From an uncultured delta proteobacterium (lineage in GTDB: Bacteria; Desulfobacterota; Binatia; UBA9968), in assembly GCA_963745035.1 (NCBI GenBank), contig CAVUVW010000025.1, positions 1 through 64,000 of the forward strand: a DNA stretch of 64,000 nt, in the 5' to 3' direction. Made by a program: the position numbers and the translations under genes. This document shows positions 59,836 through 64,000 of the stretch, piece after piece; the first letter of the stretch is position 1, and every line of letters starts with the position of its first letter. Below the pieces are notes generated by a model, which did not search any database, was not told the DNA's origin, and saw only the letters and a program-made list of their open reading frames with translations.

Positions 59836-60762
59836 CTAGCTCGCCATCTCCGGCGATGCGCGCAGAAGCGCGTCCAGATTGAGCTGGCGGTTCTCGACCT
59901 GCTCGCGCAAATGGTGCAGGTCTTCGCGATATTTGAATACGCAGCCCATGGTCTCCACCACCGACTTGTCATCGAGGTTCTTGCGATTGAGCGCAATCAG
60001 CGCCGACGCCCAATCCAAAGTCTCGGCGACTCCCGGCCGTTTATAAAAATTCATTTCCCGAACTTTTTGCATGAAAGCACAGATCTGCTGCGCCATCCGG
60101 TTCTCGACCTCGGGGAATTTGGTCGTGATGATCTCGTATTCCTTCTCGAAGCTCGGGTACTCGATCCAGTGATACAGGCAGCGGCGCTTGAGCGCGTCGT
60201 GGATCTCGCGCGTGCGGTTCGAGGTCAAAAACACGTACGGGCGGTGCTTTGCGGCCACGGTGCCGAGCTCGGGAATCGTGATCTGAAAGTCCGACAACAC
60301 CTCGAGCAAGAAGGCCTCGAACTCCATATCGGCGCGGTCGATTTCGTCGATCAACAGCACCGGCGGCTGCGCGCCGTCGGTTTGAATCGCTTCGAGCAGC
60401 GGCCGCTGGATCAGGTACTCTTGGCTGAAGATCTCGGTCTCGACCTGGGCTTTATCGCCGCGTTCGATCTCTTCGAGCTTGATCCGCAGCATTTGTTTGG
60501 GATAATTCCACTCGTACAAGGCCGTGTTCGCATCCAGCCCCTCGTAGCATTGCAGCCGAATCAGCTTGGCGTTGAGAACCTTCGCGAGCACCTTGGCGAT
60601 CTCGGTTTTGCCCACGCCCGCCTCGCCTTCCAGAAGCAGCGGCTTTCCCATTACCAGAGAAAGATACACAACCGTCGCTAACGAACGGTCGCACACGTAT
60701 TTTTCTTGGAGCAAGATTTCCTGTACTTTTTCGATCGTTAGTTGTTTTGGATCCACTCTCAC
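59836..60762 (-). CDS. coxD: CoxD-like MoxR AAA+ ATPase
   Basis: LLEGEAGVGKT, RLQCYEGLD, LLIDEIDRADMEFEAFLLEVLSDFQITIPELG, TSNRTREIHDALKRRC. Confidence 0.9.
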   Translation of the reverse strand: MRVDPKQLTIEKVQEILLQEKYVCDRSLATVVYLSLVMGKPLLLEGEAGVGKTEIAKVLAKVLNAKLIRLQCYEGLDANTALYEWNYPKQMLRIKLEEIERGDKAQVETEIFSQEYLIQRPLLEAIQTDGAQPPVLLIDEIDRADMEFEAFLLEVLSDFQITIPELGTVAAKHRPYVFLTSNRTREIHDALKRRCLYHWIEYPSFEKEYEIITTKFPEVENRMAQQICAFMQKVREMNFYKRPGVAETLDWASALIALNRKNLDDKSVVETMGCVFKYREDLHHLREQVENRQLNLDALLRASPEMAS

Positions 60763-61125
60763 CCTCGCGAATAAAATTTACCGGGCGGCGGCACCGCCAA
60801 GCGATGCCGCTCGTCCGCCACCGCAAAATCGAGACCATACTCCGTTTCCCTGGTTGGATCAACGTTACGGATCAGGCGTCAAGTGACGCCTTTATCATAA
60901 CAAAGCCATTGCGATTAGGAAAATCCAGGATTGACGGAGAACCGGCGGCAACACGAGGCGAGCAGGCGCGCGGCAGAGTTGCGCGCTGTCCGGTGGATCA
61001 GAGTGAGAGCGCGCGGCTTAGAGAGTTACTCGGATTATTTATCGTTCGAGGTAAATCGGAACGCTCTATCGCCCGGGGCGCGCGACTCTGGAGGAACAAA
61101 GGCACCGTCGCCAAAGGCTTCATGA

Positions 61126-61153
61126 GTAGGGACAAGGCGCGCCTTGTCCCTAC
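61126..61153. repeat. GTAG-type REP, perfect 28-bp palindrome downstream of gspD
   Basis: GTAGGGACAAGGCG|CGCCTTGTCCCTAC. Confidence 0.8.
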
Positions 61154-61175
61154 TGCAATCTGCGCGGGACTTGGA

Positions 61176-64000
61176 TCAGTTAACCGCGACGTAAGCGTGC
61201 TTGAATTGCGGCACGGGCATCGATTCCTTGAAACGGTTTGCCGTAACGAGATCGGCAAACTGCCCGACGCGCACGCGGTGCCAAATAGCGCCCGCGGGCT
61301 GCGCAGTGACGACGTAGGCCTCATAGCCGTCTTTGCGCAATGCAGCGGCCATCGTCTCGGCGTCTTTGCGCTCCGCCGACGACGCAACCTGCACGGTCCA
61401 ACGATGCTTCGGCGCGGCGTCGCGTTTCGGCTCAGGCGCGGGCGCCGCAGGCTTTGACTGCCGCGCAACCGAAAGCAAATACGGCGGTTGGGCCGGCGCC
61501 GGCGACACGGGTGGCGCAAGGGCGATCGCCGGTTCCGAATTCGTCGTCTCGATCAGCGCCGGATCGGCCGCAAGGGGCGGAGCTCCACTCGGCACCATCC
61601 CTGCGTTCGGGCCGGGAGCTAGGGGCCGCGCTCCCCGATTCGAGAGCACGATGACGTTGTTGAAGTCCGGCGCTAACGAAGCTCCCTTGCCGGGAGCCAC
61701 GCGGTTTGGCGCAAACGGCGGCCGTTGTTCGCTCGTCTTGGGCTCGACGGGAGGCGGGATCTCCGGAGGCGCCACCCTGGGCGGAGACTTGGCGCGGTCG
61801 CGCTCTATGCTTTCGAGTTCATTGCGCACGGCGTTTACTCTCGACTTGAAATCTTCCGTGACATAGCGCGCCTCATCACGGCCCCGAATGACGCGCGGCG
61901 TGATCAACATGATCAGCTCCGTGCGTTCGGTATTATCGAGGGTCGTGCCGAAGAACCGGCCGAAGACCGGCAAGTCCATCAAATAGGGAACTCCCGAGCG
62001 GCTCTTGCTCTTGTTTTCGCCGATCAACCCGCCGATCACGAGAGTTTCGCCGTCTTGCACGACGGCGGTGGTCTCGGCGTCCTGGGTATTGAACGAGGGA
62101 AAGGTTTCTCCCTCTCTGCCGATGGGAATATTATCGCCCAGGGCGCTGACTTCGGCTTTGATTTGCAGATTGACCAATCCTTGAGCGTTCACTTGGGGAA
62201 TGATCGTCAATATGCGTCCTGTGTTGCGATACTGGATCGTGGTCGACGTGGTCGTCAACTCGTTGGACGTGACCGAGCCGGTCGGGATCGGCACTTCGGC
62301 TCCCACTTGGATGCGCGCCGGGCGATTGTCCGCCGCAAGCACGCTCGGCGAGGACAGCAGCTTCACCCGGGAGTCGGTCATGAGCGCGGTGATGAAGGCG
62401 CGCACCGTGTCGCCGGTGCCGATGACTCCTCTCACACCGCCGCTGTTGGTAAACGCCGCGAGCGCGCCGGAGATTATCGCCCCGCGTGAGTCAAACGTGC
62501 GGTCGAAGATCTTTACGTCGCCGGCTCGGCGCAAGATCTCGTAATCGACGCCGAAGTTCTCCGTGTTCTTGAGATCCACCTGCAAGATAACGGCATCGAT
62601 CAACACCTGGCGCGGCACCGCGTCGAGCTCCTTCAGAATGGTCTTGATATTCTGAAATTCCTGAACCGTGCCGTAAATAATCAGCGAGTTGGTCGCCGGA
62701 TCCGGCACGATCCGGAGCTGTTCCTGCTGCTGCTGCTGTTGTTGCTGCTGCGCTTGCGGAGTCTGAGCGCCGGGTCTGGGCGGGCCAGGTGGCTGAATTC
62801 CCGGTTGCGGCGCTGCAACCGGCGGCGGAATTTGCCCCGGAACCGGCACTGCGGCGTATGCGCCCAACGGCTGACTCGGTTGGCCGAAGGAGCCGGAGGA
62901 GCCGAAGGGCGACCCGCCGGGGCCTCGCCTCGTTAGCCCCGATGACGTGCCCATCGTCGAGCGGTGCAGGTCCTGGAGCGTCCGCGTGCTGTCGCGGTGG
63001 CCGGTCGTCGGTTGTCCCAGCGCTTGGCTCAACACTTCGGCGAGCTCAATCGCTTTGCCGTTTTCGACCGGATAGATAAAAATGCGCCGTCCCGGACCGT
63101 CGGCGATGATGTCGACCCGATCGAGCCAGCGCTTGGCGTAGGTCCAGGCGGCCTCGCTGTGGCTGATCACCAAAAGCTGATTGATGCGCGGCAACGCGAT
63201 AAATTGCGCCGTGAAACTCTCCGCCTGCGGCGCGGATGCGGCAAAGGACTGCATGACTTTGGTCATTTCCGCCGCCAGCTCTTCGGCGCTCGCTACCTTC
63301 GGCTGATAGATCTCCATGCGGGTGCCGGCGAAGACTTGCACGTCGATCAGATCGGCGATCTCCATCAGCCTTTGAATATTCGACGGCAGATCCATGACGA
63401 TCAGAAAATTACCGCGCGGGTTTTCGATGATCTCTCCGCCGGGTTGAAGAAAGGGGGTGAGCACCCGCTTCATTTCCGCGGCCGCGAAGAACCGTACCGG
63501 GATCACCTGCAGAGCGAAGCTGTCCTCCCGGCTCTGGCCCGCGGGCCGCGCCAAGCCTTTGCCGTCTTTGATCGGCATGATGTGATAAAGATTGCCGGTG
63601 CGCACCGCCACCGCGCCGTTCATGCGCAGCACCTGATGAAACACCGGCAGCAGGTCCTCGGCGCGCAGCGGCTCGGCGCTGTTGATGGTGACGCTGCCCT
63701 TCACCTCGGGATCGATAGTGTACGTAAGACGTAACTGCTGGGCGATGATGTGAATGATTTCGACCAGGTCGGCGCGGTTAAAATTCAATGAAATCATGCC
63801 ACCGGAGGGCGGCGGCGCGAATCGCCGCTGCGGGCCGGCGGGAGCCGGCGCTGCGCCCGGGCCGGGAACGTCCTGCGACGGAGCGGCCGTGCCAGGCTCC
63901 TGCCCTTGAGGCGCAGACTGGGGCGGCTTCAGCCCGGGGGACTGCGCGGGCGCCGGAACACGGCGCGGAATAACCGGCGGTTTTGCTGCCGGATCGGCGG
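61176..64000 (-). CDS. gspD: Type II secretion secretin GspD with Pro-rich linkers and a C-terminal SPOR domain; 5' end outside the window
   Basis: ISLNFNRADL (N0), DPATNSLII, LDAVPRQVLIDA, IQVGAEVP, GETLVIGGLI, SGVPYLMDLPVFGRFF, TELIMLITPRVI, then WTVQVAS..AETMAAALRKDGY..WHRVRVG (SPOR); Pro/Ala-rich coding continues upstream of 63797. Confidence 0.92.
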   Translation of the reverse strand, partial: ADPAAKPPVIPRRVPAPAQSPGLKPPQSAPQGQEPGTAAPSQDVPGPGAAPAPAGPQRRFAPPPSGGMISLNFNRADLVEIIHIIAQQLRLTYTIDPEVKGSVTINSAEPLRAEDLLPVFHQVLRMNGAVAVRTGNLYHIMPIKDGKGLARPAGQSREDSFALQVIPVRFFAAAEMKRVLTPFLQPGGEIIENPRGNFLIVMDLPSNIQRLMEIADLIDVQVFAGTRMEIYQPKVASAEELAAEMTKVMQSFAASAPQAESFTAQFIALPRINQLLVISHSEAAWTYAKRWLDRVDIIADGPGRRIFIYPVENGKAIELAEVLSQALGQPTTGHRDSTRTLQDLHRSTMGTSSGLTRRGPGGSPFGSSGSFGQPSQPLGAYAAVPVPGQIPPPVAAPQPGIQPPGPPRPGAQTPQAQQQQQQQQQEQLRIVPDPATNSLIIYGTVQEFQNIKTILKELDAVPRQVLIDAVILQVDLKNTENFGVDYEILRRAGDVKIFDRTFDSRGAIISGALAAFTNSGGVRGVIGTGDTVRAFITALMTDSRVKLLSSPSVLAADNRPARIQVGAEVPIPTGSVTSNELTTTSTTIQYRNTGRILTIIPQVNAQGLVNLQIKAEVSALGDNIPIGREGETFPSFNTQDAETTAVVQDGETLVIGGLIGENKSKSRSGVPYLMDLPVFGRFFGTTLDNTERTELIMLITPRVIRGRDEARYVTEDFKSRVNAVRNELESIERDRAKSPPRVAPPEIPPPVEPKTSEQRPPFAPNRVAPGKGASLAPDFNNVIVLSNRGARPLAPGPNAGMVPSGAPPLAADPALIETTNSEPAIALAPPVSPAPAQPPYLLSVARQSKPAAPAPEPKRDAAPKHRWTVQVASSAERKDAETMAAALRKDGYEAYVVTAQPAGAIWHRVRVGQFADLVTANRFKESMPVPQFKHAYVAVN

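Noticed and set aside
58867-60681. 604-aa plus-strand ORF and similar long antisense ORFs (23268-24674, 48417-49712, 38066-39118)
   Set aside because: Shadow ORFs opposite well-supported genes in GC-rich DNA; no motifs
57322-60762. Evidence of an aerobic CO dehydrogenase
   Set aside because: Only accessory genes are present; no coxL/M/S, and these accessory families serve many Mo-hydroxylases
60763-61125. Moco or FMN riboswitch upstream of the cox/ubiX string
   Set aside because: A GC hairpin exists near 60781-60817, but I found neither the FMN riboswitch conserved segments nor a convincing Moco motif

Overview
GC-rich bacterial chromosome segment. The gene content (many orphan NMT1/SsuA-type binding proteins, amidohydrolases, aromatic catabolism, a selenoprotein) suggests a Binatia/'Deltaproteobacteria'-like genome; this is inference. 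About a dozen single-base frameshifts in otherwise intact genes point to long-read consensus errors. Layout: (1) 1-8903 is a decayed, lower-GC island at the 3' end of tRNA-Val(CAC) (8904-8980), with tyrosine- and serine-recombinase remnants, a degenerate att repeat and an orphan sigma54-preceded RfaH-like gene. (2) 9-30 kb holds tandem MBL and amidohydrolase paralogs, a small defence-gene scar (HEPN-like ORF, retron Ec67-type RT tail), an EVE / His-rich methyltransferase / AhpD-like CxxU selenoprotein string (the selenoprotein is missed by the ORF track), an adenylate cyclase, ligJ plus an HpcH aldolase, DUF885 and nfo. (3) 30-50 kb holds VIT1/ahpC/TetR, lower paa beta-oxidation genes, AsmA, rnr, an SDR-SBP-cupin-Rieske module and a sugar dehydrogenase with cytochrome c. 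(4) 50.8-60.8 kb is one tightly packed minus-strand string: coxD-coxE-xdhC x2, archaeal-type CTP riboflavin kinase, ubiX, fni, two PNPOx-fold proteins, and MacAB-like efflux genes. Its core looks like a self-contained prenylated-FMN supply and maturation module with no UbiD client, and it is the best candidate for an undescribed system. (5) 61-64 kb is a GspD secretin with a C-terminal SPOR domain. All family assignments come from motif recognition by eye; no searches were run.
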